A stretch of DNA of 64,000 nt, from assembly GCF_050920415.1 (NCBI RefSeq), contig NZ_CP169309.1; one strand, given 5' to 3'. This document shows, piece after piece, positions 39,196 through 47,567 of the stretch (the stretch's first letter is position 1; each line of letters begins with the position of its first letter). Origin of the DNA: Escherichia coli (GTDB taxonomy: Bacteria > Pseudomonadota > Gammaproteobacteria > Enterobacterales > Enterobacteriaceae). Both the position numbers and the translations under genes were made by a program. The notes under the pieces are model-generated. The model saw only the letters and a program-made list of their open reading frames with translations. It was not told the origin of the DNA and made no database searches.

Positions 39196-39209
39196 TGTGA
39201 CATGTCACA
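39196..39209. repeat. palindrome TGTGACATGTCACA, copy 3
   Basis: Perfect 14-bp palindrome immediately before terminator. Confidence 0.6.
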
Positions 39210-39233
39210 GGCCGCTTTCGCGGCCTTTTCTTT
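39210..39233 (+). terminator. rho-independent terminator after virion-protein operon
   Basis: ggccgc-tttc-gcggcc then TTTTCTTT. Confidence 0.7.
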
Positions 39234-39507
39234 ATGTGGTTTGTTTTCGTAGTTGTTCGGCACAATAGTCGAGATGTGTTTGCAGATCCTGCATAGACAT
39301 CTGTGAGCTGGTGACGTAGTTAATCAGTGCAGTCAGTTCGGCAAGTGGGCCATCGACATTAAATCCATCCTTATCGAGATCCCGGAGTAATTTCATCAAG
39401 TGCGATCCTTCCACCAGTGACCTGACGCCTCCCGGCGTGTGAATCCTTTCGGTAAATCCCTCTTCCAGTGGATAGTGATACTGCTGCATCTTATCTTCTC
39501 CATGCAA
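39232..39507 (-). CDS. hypothetical protein (opposite-strand moron before tail fibre)
   Basis: 91 aa (or 85 from second ATG); family not recognised. Confidence 0.4.
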   Translation of the reverse strand: MHGEDKMQQYHYPLEEGFTERIHTPGGVRSLVEGSHLMKLLRDLDKDGFNVDGPLAELTALINYVTSSQMSMQDLQTHLDYCAEQLRKQTT

Positions 39508-39565
39508 TAACTGTATGTTTATACAGTATCAAATAATTTGTTTGCTATCCAGCACGTTTTGCGAA

Positions 39566-39580
39566 TCACCTGAAAGGTAA
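39566..39580. promoter_or_regulatory. operator-like palindrome TCACC TGAAA GGTAA
   Basis: Divergent region between moron and tail fibre; extra half-site near 39623. Confidence 0.5.
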
Positions 39581-39684
39581 TATCTGCTCACATTAACACT
39601 CTTTCCATCCATATATGGTTTTTCAGGTAATAGAATAACCAGATATGCGGCGCAACGGGTGCTGCGACTATCTGGAGATTTAAC

Positions 39685-41940
39685 ATGACGGTCTCAACCG
39701 AAGTTGACCACAACGAATACACAGGCAATGGCGTTACGACTTCATTCCCTTATACCTTTAGGGTTTTCAAGGAATCTGATCTGGTAGTGCAGGTGGTTGA
39801 CCTTGACGAAAATATCGCTGTGCTGGCTCTGGATACTGATTACACTGTCACTGGGGCTGGTGGATATAACGGCGGTAATGTAATTCTGTCGAAGGCGTTA
39901 GCTAACGGTTACCAGATTTCTATATCACGAGAGCTCCCGGTTACGCAGGAAACTGATTTGCGTAATCAGGGGAAGTTCTTTGCAGAAGTGCATGAGGATG
40001 CTTTTGATAAGCTAACGATGCTGATCCAGCAGGTTCGAAGTTGGTTTAGCTTGGCGCTGCGCAAGCCGTCATTCGTGGCAAATTATTATAACGCGCTGAA
40101 CAACTATATTCGAAACCTGAAAGACCCGGTAAACCCGCAGGATGCATCCACAAAGAATTATGTGGACAGTACGGTTTTATCGAATATCGACCATACAATC
40201 CGTGTTCCTGATTCTTATATCGATCCGCTGCCACCTCTCGCTCAACTTGAAGGAAGCATAATCGGCATCGCCAACGGTAAGCCCGTTCCGTTCCCTGTGC
40301 CTTCAGGAACGGCGGCTGACGTATTCAACCAGTTGGCCAGCAGCGCTGACGGGAAAGGTGATGCGCTGATAACAGTGAAGCAGCCTTACCAGGGGGCAAT
40401 TTCTCTTTCGCAGCATATAAAAAATGCACAAGCCATTAGTGTTGTTGATTTTGGAGCGACAATTGATGGAACGCTTCACCCTTTAAGCGAGATATTTTCA
40501 ACACTATCAGCTGCTCAGATGGTATATCCATTTGTTTCATCTCTATCTCAATCTGTTGATTATGCTGCGCTTCAGTCCGCATGTAACACGGGAAAAACAG
40601 TGCTTATTCCAAAGGGAACTGGTTACTATAATTCAACTATTTTTCTGAAAAACTCCGTTAGGATTGTTGGAGAGGGAACTGATACAATAAATAGAGCGCA
40701 ATCATTTATGTCTATTGTTGGTAATATTTCAGCCTTTGCTTTAGATCAAGGTGATTCCCTATCGACAAAAATGATTCAGATTTTTATTGATGGTCTTTAT
40801 ATTTTCTATGATCCAGGAACCACACCAACGAATCCTGAAAATGATGGTGGGAAAATTGCATTTAATTTCTACTCGACAATTCCAAATTCAACAAGCTTGG
40901 AAATGTCTGAAATTAAAAACTGTACAGTTCATGGTGCATGGTCATGCTTTAATGATCAGACTGGCACATACTTGACAAAACTTACGAATGTGTGGGCCAG
41001 AAACTGCCATAATGGTTTTACAAAAGGAACTGGCACTACCATTCTGATGGAAAGATGTTATACATCTGGATGTATATCACCATATCAGTTTGGTTCTGTC
41101 TTTGCAGCTACAATGATTAACTGTGCCATGGATGGATCAAATATTTCGTTAAACGCAGGTTCGCTTGGTGGGGCTGGCGTTCATGTTCTTAACACACATA
41201 GTTTTAACATTATTGGTTTTGATGCGGAGGGTAACACCATCTCTACAGATGGTTATGGAGAGGCAGCACTATTCCATTTCGAAAATAGTAGTGGTGGCAT
41301 TTCTGGCCTGACTGCACATCAGAACAGCATGCGAAGTGTTGCGCCAAGTGATGCTGGTGTAGTTTCCTACATCAGGGCGTCAGGTAGCAGCGATGTTAAA
41401 ATTGAGTCATCAGAAGATGATTTATCTGACACCAACACAGTTGCATATACTGGGTCTGGGTATCCCATCATGCTACATGCAACTGACACAGCTAAAATAA
41501 GCGTCTTTAATAGCAGATTCAGGGCGACTACCACTGGTACCCCTGTCTTAAGTACGCTAAGTACTGGTGATGTATCATGGTATGACTGCCCTAAAAAAAC
41601 AGGACTTATCGTAGATGGTTATTCACAAATAACATCTAAGGAAGGATTGCAAACATCATGCTTCTATACCAGTAAAGGCTCTACTGCTGTTGCTGAAAAT
41701 ACTCCGACAACACTTTTCTCTCTACCAGATTCGCAAGGTACTTACATTATTAGCGTATGGGTGGCTGGAAGCGGAGAAAATTACGCATCTACACAACTGG
41801 CAATGTATGATGGAGATAAGCTAATTCTTGTTGCGTTAAAAATAGCAGCATTTCTTAGTTTTTCAGCAACAGGGAGAATTGTAACCATTACAAGCCAGGT
41901 GGCAGGCACTTTAAACTGGACTTACACTAAAATAGGTTGA
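39685..41940 (+). CDS. tail fibre/tailspike with T7 gp17-like N-terminal adaptor domain
   Basis: 751 aa; N-terminal ...YTGNGVTTSFPYTFRVFKESDLVV...DTDYTV pattern; Gly/Ser/Thr-rich C-terminal region. Confidence 0.7.
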   Translation: MTVSTEVDHNEYTGNGVTTSFPYTFRVFKESDLVVQVVDLDENIAVLALDTDYTVTGAGGYNGGNVILSKALANGYQISISRELPVTQETDLRNQGKFFAEVHEDAFDKLTMLIQQVRSWFSLALRKPSFVANYYNALNNYIRNLKDPVNPQDASTKNYVDSTVLSNIDHTIRVPDSYIDPLPPLAQLEGSIIGIANGKPVPFPVPSGTAADVFNQLASSADGKGDALITVKQPYQGAISLSQHIKNAQAISVVDFGATIDGTLHPLSEIFSTLSAAQMVYPFVSSLSQSVDYAALQSACNTGKTVLIPKGTGYYNSTIFLKNSVRIVGEGTDTINRAQSFMSIVGNISAFALDQGDSLSTKMIQIFIDGLYIFYDPGTTPTNPENDGGKIAFNFYSTIPNSTSLEMSEIKNCTVHGAWSCFNDQTGTYLTKLTNVWARNCHNGFTKGTGTTILMERCYTSGCISPYQFGSVFAATMINCAMDGSNISLNAGSLGGAGVHVLNTHSFNIIGFDAEGNTISTDGYGEAALFHFENSSGGISGLTAHQNSMRSVAPSDAGVVSYIRASGSSDVKIESSEDDLSDTNTVAYTGSGYPIMLHATDTAKISVFNSRFRATTTGTPVLSTLSTGDVSWYDCPKKTGLIVDGYSQITSKEGLQTSCFYTSKGSTAVAENTPTTLFSLPDSQGTYIISVWVAGSGENYASTQLAMYDGDKLILVALKIAAFLSFSATGRIVTITSQVAGTLNWTYTKIG

Positions 41941-41950
41941 TGTTATGCGT

Positions 41951-41967
41951 GGGGAGCAATGCTCCCC
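41951..41967. terminator. hairpin between convergent tail-fibre and acyltransferase genes
   Basis: ggggagc-aat-gctcccc; no clear T-tract on either strand. Confidence 0.3.
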
Positions 41968-41975
41968 ATCATCAA

Positions 41976-43835
41976 TTAAAAAATAAATGGCTTGTCATTT
42001 TTTAATTTTTTCCCAAACTCCCTTGAGCCTTCTAGAGTGAAATGACTATTATCAAAGTAAAGATAATCACCTTTAGTAGAAAGGATGTCACAATTCATTG
42101 ACTTTCCGCACTGCTCGGCAAGCGTATCTATGTATTTATACGAATGCTGGTTGCTACCAAGATAGCCTTTTATCGTATTGTTAATTTCAACTCTACTATT
42201 GTCATAATACTTTTTAGAGTATTTATTTATCCCATCAACTGTGTTTACGCCAGATTTAAAAGCAGACTTAATTATTTCCATTGGCTGTGCCGTAAACTTC
42301 ATCTTAGGCCCAAATACAATAACTTCTCCTTTAGTCCTCTCCTGTATTTTGCCTATAGAGTAAAGCATCCCGAACAGATCGCCAACGCCATAATCATCAT
42401 GAAGGATTATAATGTTAGCTTCAGCTATGGCTGGAGATGAGATTACGTCATTGAATATTTTTTTGCACTTTTCTACATAGGGCATGTCGTTTGGTGTATA
42501 ACCAAAGTTTGAACATAAGTTTGTAGTTCTTATATAAGTTATATCACCCTTCATCCCATTTTCAGTAAGTGCATAAGTCAGATCTATGCCATGAGAATTA
42601 CCGATTATTACTATTTTTTTGTCACCTGTCTTCGGTACAGGGTGAGGCTTGTCTCCATCAACCCAATACCTGTTCATTTGTTCTTTTAGCTGTTCGGACG
42701 TCATTGTGGCAAACGAAAACCTTGATGGAATTCCAGATAGCAATAGTACAGCGAAGCACAAACCAACTACACCACCTACAGGTAGCACGATTGAAGTTAA
42801 TTCATTCAAGGACCTGCCGTTTTTAAATTTTGAAAGTGCCTTTCTTGAAGGGTTTTCAATTAAATAAAATGATGCGGCACCAATAAGAATTGATAAGGCA
42901 ACACCTGATACTGTATAAACCATATCATCCATCTTATTCATTGACATATATACAACTATGGGCCAGTGAACCAGATATACCGAGTATGAAATTTTCCCAA
43001 CCCATTGAGATAATGCATTATCAAGTAATAGGTTATCTTTACATCCAAGATAAATGACAAAGAAAGTAGAAACGACTGGTATTAAGGCAAGATACCCAGG
43101 CCACTTCATTAAGCTGTTAAGCAAGACTATCCCCGATACTGCAAAGGCTATGGCAATCCATCTAAATACAGCAGTGCGTTTTGAATTTTGTATAGTAGGA
43201 AGAAGGTAGGCAAGGCCGCCAGCCAGCATCTCCCAAGCTCTGCTTGACAGAAGATAAAATGCAGCGCCCTGATTATTATAAGAAAGATACACTGAGGCAG
43301 TAAATGATATAATTGCAAGGATGGCAACAACATACCTTATATGCTTAGCGCCCAATAGCTTTGCAATCACCATCATTATGATTGGATATACCATGTAAAA
43401 CTGCCACTCTACAGAAAGCGACCATGTATGAAGAAGCCATTTCTGCTTTGATGCAGTATCAAAATAATCAATGCTATGGTAATACTCAACGTTTGAGAAA
43501 AATAAAAGGCTACTTCTTACGTGTTGAGCCAGGTATTCATATTCAGAAGGTAAAAGAATGAAGTAACCAACTATCAGAACAGCAACTGAAACTACAGTTA
43601 AAGCAGGTATAATTCTTCTTGCCCTATCAAGATAAAATCCTAACAGTGAAAAGTTTCCATTAGATATCTTTGTGTAAATTATTCCAGTCATCAGATACCC
43701 TGATATAACAAAGAATATATCTACGCCTGAAAATCCACCAGAGAACCCTTTGACTCCGAAGTGATAAAGGACAACTGCCATAACAGCAATAGCCCTAAGC
43801 CCGCCTATATCTGTTCTGTATTTTAAAGAAGACAT
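41976..43835 (-). CDS. O-antigen acyltransferase (acyltransferase-3 membrane domain + C-terminal SGNH-like domain, OafA-like)
   Basis: 619 aa; N-terminal multi-TM with ...AVVLYHF...DIFFVISGYL...; lysogenic-conversion candidate. Confidence 0.75.
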   Translation of the reverse strand: MSSLKYRTDIGGLRAIAVMAVVLYHFGVKGFSGGFSGVDIFFVISGYLMTGIIYTKISNGNFSLLGFYLDRARRIIPALTVVSVAVLIVGYFILLPSEYEYLAQHVRSSLLFFSNVEYYHSIDYFDTASKQKWLLHTWSLSVEWQFYMVYPIIMMVIAKLLGAKHIRYVVAILAIISFTASVYLSYNNQGAAFYLLSSRAWEMLAGGLAYLLPTIQNSKRTAVFRWIAIAFAVSGIVLLNSLMKWPGYLALIPVVSTFFVIYLGCKDNLLLDNALSQWVGKISYSVYLVHWPIVVYMSMNKMDDMVYTVSGVALSILIGAASFYLIENPSRKALSKFKNGRSLNELTSIVLPVGGVVGLCFAVLLLSGIPSRFSFATMTSEQLKEQMNRYWVDGDKPHPVPKTGDKKIVIIGNSHGIDLTYALTENGMKGDITYIRTTNLCSNFGYTPNDMPYVEKCKKIFNDVISSPAIAEANIIILHDDYGVGDLFGMLYSIGKIQERTKGEVIVFGPKMKFTAQPMEIIKSAFKSGVNTVDGINKYSKKYYDNSRVEINNTIKGYLGSNQHSYKYIDTLAEQCGKSMNCDILSTKGDYLYFDNSHFTLEGSREFGKKLKNDKPFIF

Positions 43836-43871
43836 AATCGCTATCGTTTTGAGTAAGATGCATTAATGATA

Positions 43872-43886
43872 TCACCTTTAGGGTAA
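43872..43886. promoter_or_regulatory. operator-like palindrome TCACC TTTAG GGTAA
   Basis: Divergent region between acyltransferase and lysis cassette. Confidence 0.5.
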
Positions 43887-43991
43887 TTTCGTTAAGAGTT
43901 ATCCGATCAAATTTAATCCACATATGGTTTATTGTGTATGATGAACTCACCAACTAAGGGGGTTCTTTATGCACAATAAACGGTGGTCACT

Positions 43992-44396
43992 ATGGCGCAT
44001 GTGCTGACAACAGAGTCAGTAAATCAGGGGTTAAGCCTGACTGCACTGGCGTCCGTGTTCGTTGGTATACCGCCTGAGGTGGCTTTAGGTGCTCTTGCTG
44101 GTGCGGTAATTTTTGTTACCTCAGCGGTTGAGTATCCGATAAAGCGTAGGTTGCTCCTGGCGCTCCTAAGCTTCCTCTGCGGCGTTCTCTTCTATAAAGC
44201 GACAGCTTCCATTCTGATTGGCTTTGCCAGCCTGATACCAACGATTACGCAGGACTCTTTTGAGAAGGGCATTGTGTATTCCGCCGGGGCATTCGTGTCT
44301 GCAATCGTCGCTGTTCGCATTGGCATCTGGCTGTATCACCGTTCTGAAAATCCGCGCGACATGATCCCGGGGAGAAAAGACGATGACCAGTCCTGA
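43992..44396 (+). CDS. holin-like membrane protein
   Basis: Multi-TM, first gene of lysis cassette; start 43983 (GTG) or 43992 (ATG). Confidence 0.45.
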   Translation: MAHVLTTESVNQGLSLTALASVFVGIPPEVALGALAGAVIFVTSAVEYPIKRRLLLALLSFLCGVLFYKATASILIGFASLIPTITQDSFEKGIVYSAGAFVSAIVAVRIGIWLYHRSENPRDMIPGRKDDDQS

Positions 44397-44676
44397 TCTG
44401 CTTCTCATCCTTAACGCCGCTATCTGCGGTGGCATTGCAATCCGAGTGCTTCTGTTCCGCCGTGACGGGTCACGTCACCGCTGGTGGGGTGGGTGGCTCG
44501 CCTATCTGCTGATCGTCGTGGCAGCCAGCGTACCTATCCGGACTTTCTACGGGTACTACGTCAGCGCCGACTGGTCAGAAGTCATCATCAAAGCCGTGTT
44601 CCTGGCTGCGCTCATCAAGACAAAAGGGAACGTGGTGCAAATTTTCAAGATAACGAGGTCCCAGCATGGACATTAA
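44383..44676 (+). CDS. lysis-associated membrane protein (holin/antiholin candidate)
   Basis: 97 aa with TM segments, overlaps neighbours. Confidence 0.4.
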   Translation: MTSPDLLLILNAAICGGIAIRVLLFRRDGSRHRWWGGWLAYLLIVVAASVPIRTFYGYYVSADWSEVIIKAVFLAALIKTKGNVVQIFKITRSQHGH

Positions 44677-45295
44677 CCAATTCCAGCGTGCAGCTGGCAT
44701 CAGTGAGGTGCTGGCCGCGCGCTGGTACCTGCATATCACCGCAGCCATGAAAGAGTTTGGCATCGAGCAACCGCTGCACCAGGCGATGTTTATCGCGCAG
44801 GTGGGGCATGAGTCTACTGGTTTCACCCGGCTGCAGGAAAACTTCAACTACAGCGTTGCAGGGCTCGCAGGATTCGTCCGCGCCGGGCGACTTACTCAGG
44901 GTCAGGCCAACGCGCTGGGCCGCCGTGCTGGCGAGCCATCGTTACCGCTGGAGCGCCAGCGCGCGATCGCCAATCTGGCGTACAGCAAACGCATGGGGAA
45001 CAATGCCCCTGGTGATGGCTGGAATTACCGTGGCCGCGGACTTATCCAGATTACCGGTTTGAATAACTATCGTGATTGCGGAAACGTCCTGAAAGTGGAC
45101 CTGCTGGAGAATCCTGAACTGTTGGCGCAGGACGAATATGCGGCTCGTAGCGCGGCGTGGTTCTTCGCCAGCAAAGGATGCATGAAGTATACCGGCGATA
45201 TTGCACGTGTAACTCTGATTATCAATGGTGGCCGGAACGGCATCGACGACCGGCGCGCGCGGTACATCACTGCCAGTAAGGTGCTGGCGGTATGA
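44666..45295 (+). CDS. endolysin, glycoside hydrolase family 19-like
   Basis: FIAQVGHESTGF and GRGLIQITG signatures. Confidence 0.75.
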   Translation: MDINQFQRAAGISEVLAARWYLHITAAMKEFGIEQPLHQAMFIAQVGHESTGFTRLQENFNYSVAGLAGFVRAGRLTQGQANALGRRAGEPSLPLERQRAIANLAYSKRMGNNAPGDGWNYRGRGLIQITGLNNYRDCGNVLKVDLLENPELLAQDEYAARSAAWFFASKGCMKYTGDIARVTLIINGGRNGIDDRRARYITASKVLAV

Positions 45296-45774
45296 TCTGG
45301 GCATTCGCAAAAGCATACTGGAAACAGTTGCTTATCGTGGTGATGCTTGCTGTTCTGGTCATATCGGGAATTGTTTCCTGGAATGTACACGGCAGTCGTC
45401 AGTACGATGCCGGGTATGCGCAGGCGAAGGAAGACCGCAAAGCTGAAGATGAGATAGTTCGTCAGCACTACGAACAGGAGAAATCGATCAATGAACGTGA
45501 AGCGCAGCAGAGGATCGACCAGGCGCGCAATGATGCTCTTGATGCTGCCGCTCGCGCTGGCCGGTTGCAGCAACAACTCTTTGCCATCCGTGAGCAGCTC
45601 AGGCAGTATAACGCCATTGTCGGCGCTGGGACGTCAGCCGCAGACACCGGAGTTTTGCTTGCCGACGTGCTCAGCAAATCTCTCGAGAGAAACAGACAAC
45701 TGGCAGAGTATGCTGACCGGGCAGCCGAAGCCGGAAGAGTCTGCGAAAAACAATACGACACCCTGACCAGATAG
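45292..45774 (+). CDS. i-spanin (Rz-like)
   Basis: N-terminal TM then coiled coil; ATGA overlap with endolysin. Confidence 0.6.
   Translation: MIWAFAKAYWKQLLIVVMLAVLVISGIVSWNVHGSRQYDAGYAQAKEDRKAEDEIVRQHYEQEKSINEREAQQRIDQARNDALDAAARAGRLQQQLFAIREQLRQYNAIVGAGTSAADTGVLLADVLSKSLERNRQLAEYADRAAEAGRVCEKQYDTLTR
45530..45766 (+). CDS. o-spanin (Rz1-like) lipoprotein embedded in +1 frame
   Basis: MMLLMLPLALAGC lipobox, Pro-rich; entirely inside Rz-like gene. Confidence 0.5.
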   Translation: MMLLMLPLALAGCSNNSLPSVSSSGSITPLSALGRQPQTPEFCLPTCSANLSRETDNWQSMLTGQPKPEESAKNNTTP

Positions 45775-45802
45775 CATGGCATTTTTCATGGTACTGATTT
45801 CC

Positions 45803-45813
45803 GGTGACGGTAT
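45803..45813. repeat. GGTGACGGTAT, candidate integrase arm-type site (right arm)
   Basis: Same 11-mer as 6187-6197. Confidence 0.3.
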
Positions 45814-45884
45814 ATAAAACGGTACTAGAAAAATGAAGTTTTGGAAAAATGTTATCACTCAATTGGTTATGATTGTCGTAAATA

Positions 45885-45901
45885 ATTGAGTGGGAATGAT
45901 T
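45885..45901. repeat. attR core (ATTGAGTGGGAATGATT)
   Basis: Exact copy of 6047-6063. Confidence 0.65.
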
Positions 45902-45928
45902 TGATCCCTGCACTATGAATTAGCAAAA

Positions 45929-45954
45929 CCCTCTGTTACTACAGAGGGTTTTTA
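45929..45954 (+). terminator. native guaA-type terminator hairpin displaced by the prophage
   Basis: ccctctg-ttacta-cagaggg then TTTTT; same stem as phage-side copy at 6110. Confidence 0.6.
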
Positions 45955-45991
45955 TACTCACGAATCATAGGATTGAAGTTACTGACATCGC

Positions 45992-46531
45992 TTAGTTAAA
46001 CCAGCTGTCCGATTTGTTCTCTTCTGCTTTGCCCACGCTTTTCATCAGATCGCGACCGCCTTCAGTCATATTCCTGTTTGCGTCAGCTTCAGATTGCACC
46101 ACATCGGTTTGCGCAGCTTTGTGCTTCAGTTCCTGATCGATAAATTCGTTTTCTCGCTTAACGCGGGCTTCTTCTTTCGCCAGCGCCAGTTTTTGTTTCT
46201 GAATCTCTAAGCTGCGTAGCTCATCTTCATAACTTTGATCGCGTTTCTTGTCCGCAGTGGCTTCGGCGTCCAGTTTATCCTGACGAGCTTTCTTATTCGC
46301 CGCTGCCGTTGCCGCTCTTTTATTAGCCGCGGCCTGGGCGTTTGCGCGACGTTGCTTCTCTTGCTGGATTTCCCTGTTGCGCTCCGCGACCCATTCGTCA
46401 TGCTGCCTTTGCTCTTCATTTTTACCTTGCTGTTCCGCTTCTGCGACAGCAGAGAGTTGATCCTGCAATGATGAGGCGATAGCCGGATAGCTTAAGGAGG
46501 CTAAGATGGCGCAAAGAAAAACTTTCTTCAT
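45992..46531 (-). CDS. yfgI: periplasmic protein YfgI
   Basis: 179 aa with signal peptide; position between guaA and yfgH as in K-12. Confidence 0.75.
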   Translation of the reverse strand: MKKVFLCAILASLSYPAIASSLQDQLSAVAEAEQQGKNEEQRQHDEWVAERNREIQQEKQRRANAQAAANKRAATAAANKKARQDKLDAEATADKKRDQSYEDELRSLEIQKQKLALAKEEARVKRENEFIDQELKHKAAQTDVVQSEADANRNMTEGGRDLMKSVGKAEENKSDSWFN

Positions 46532-46546
46532 GACTCCTCCTGATTA

Positions 46547-47065
46547 TTAGCTCTTTTCAGGACATTTGGTATTTGGCTGAATACGCGTTTCGTTATACGT
46601 CGTGGTAATAACAACGGCTAAACCTGTCGTAAACTGGCACTCTTTACCCACCTGGGTGGAGGTATACACTTTGGTGCCTTCCTTATACGTTAGAGAAACA
46701 CCTTCCACTAAGGTTTTATCATTCACCATAGAACCTGCTGCCGCGCCAACAGCTCCGCCGCCAACTGCACCTGCCGTCGTTCCGGAATTGCTGCCAGACC
46801 CCACGTTGTGGCCGATAACACCGCCAGCGACTGCACCAATAAGCGCGCCGAAGGCTTGTGCGTTTCGTTTATTTTGGGAGTTGTCTACGGCAACTTTTGC
46901 GGGAAGAATGGAAATAATATTAACGGTTTTAGTTTCTTGTTTGGTATTCAGTTGATCGGTTTGATAAACATCGGCGGCATGATCATCAGCATTTGACTGG
47001 CATCCTGCCAGAGTGAATGACGCTAACATTGCCACAGGCAGAAGACATTTTTTAAATTTCATCAC
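46547..47065 (-). CDS. yfgH: glycine-zipper outer-membrane lipoprotein YfgH
   Basis: 172 aa, lipobox LAGC, Gly/Ala-rich repeats. Confidence 0.75.
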   Translation of the reverse strand: MMKFKKCLLPVAMLASFTLAGCQSNADDHAADVYQTDQLNTKQETKTVNIISILPAKVAVDNSQNKRNAQAFGALIGAVAGGVIGHNVGSGSNSGTTAGAVGGGAVGAAAGSMVNDKTLVEGVSLTYKEGTKVYTSTQVGKECQFTTGLAVVITTTYNETRIQPNTKCPEKS

Positions 47066-47375
47066 TATTCCTTGTTATACACATTACGAAAAATAAGACA
47101 TTTAAGATCATCAAAAGAGGAAAGTAAATGTATTGCGTATAAAGGAATAGATTAAATTTATTAAAATTCATGTGGAAAATAATTTATAAAAATACATCAT
47201 TAAAACATATGTATTAATTTTATATTTATTTCGCAGCCAAACAGGATAAACATCAGTCAGGACAAAGACGTAAAATTTAAGATGAAAGAATATCTGCCGC
47301 TTTGATAATCCCAAAGAGCAAAAGCATCCGACAGCGAGGTGCCGTTATGTTCTGTGAAAGTGGAGAAGGTAACCG

Positions 47376-47567
47376 CTAACGTTGTACCGGTGATTCGACG
47401 GAGAGTGTGGATTGCTGAGCTTCTTTTTTGCTCTGATGGTGCTGCCATGCACCGACGGACGAGTAGATAAAACGGCCAAAGAAGAAGATAAAGCTGATGA
47501 GCAGTACGATACGGGTCATGCGACTGTTAAATCGGTGTCGTTTTCGCATACTGGTTGCCTGACTCAC
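47376..47567 (-). CDS. yfgG: small membrane protein YfgG
   Basis: 63 aa, single TM. Confidence 0.55.
   Translation of the reverse strand: MSQATSMRKRHRFNSRMTRIVLLISFIFFFGRFIYSSVGAWQHHQSKKEAQQSTLSVESPVQR

Larger units (their letters stand above)
6047..45901. mobile_element. temperate prophage (lambda-like early region + T7-like virion module), integrated at guaA 3' end; carries IS2
   Basis: Bounded by 17-bp direct repeats; integrase at left end, lysis cassette at right end; host synteny resumes outside. Confidence 0.8.
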
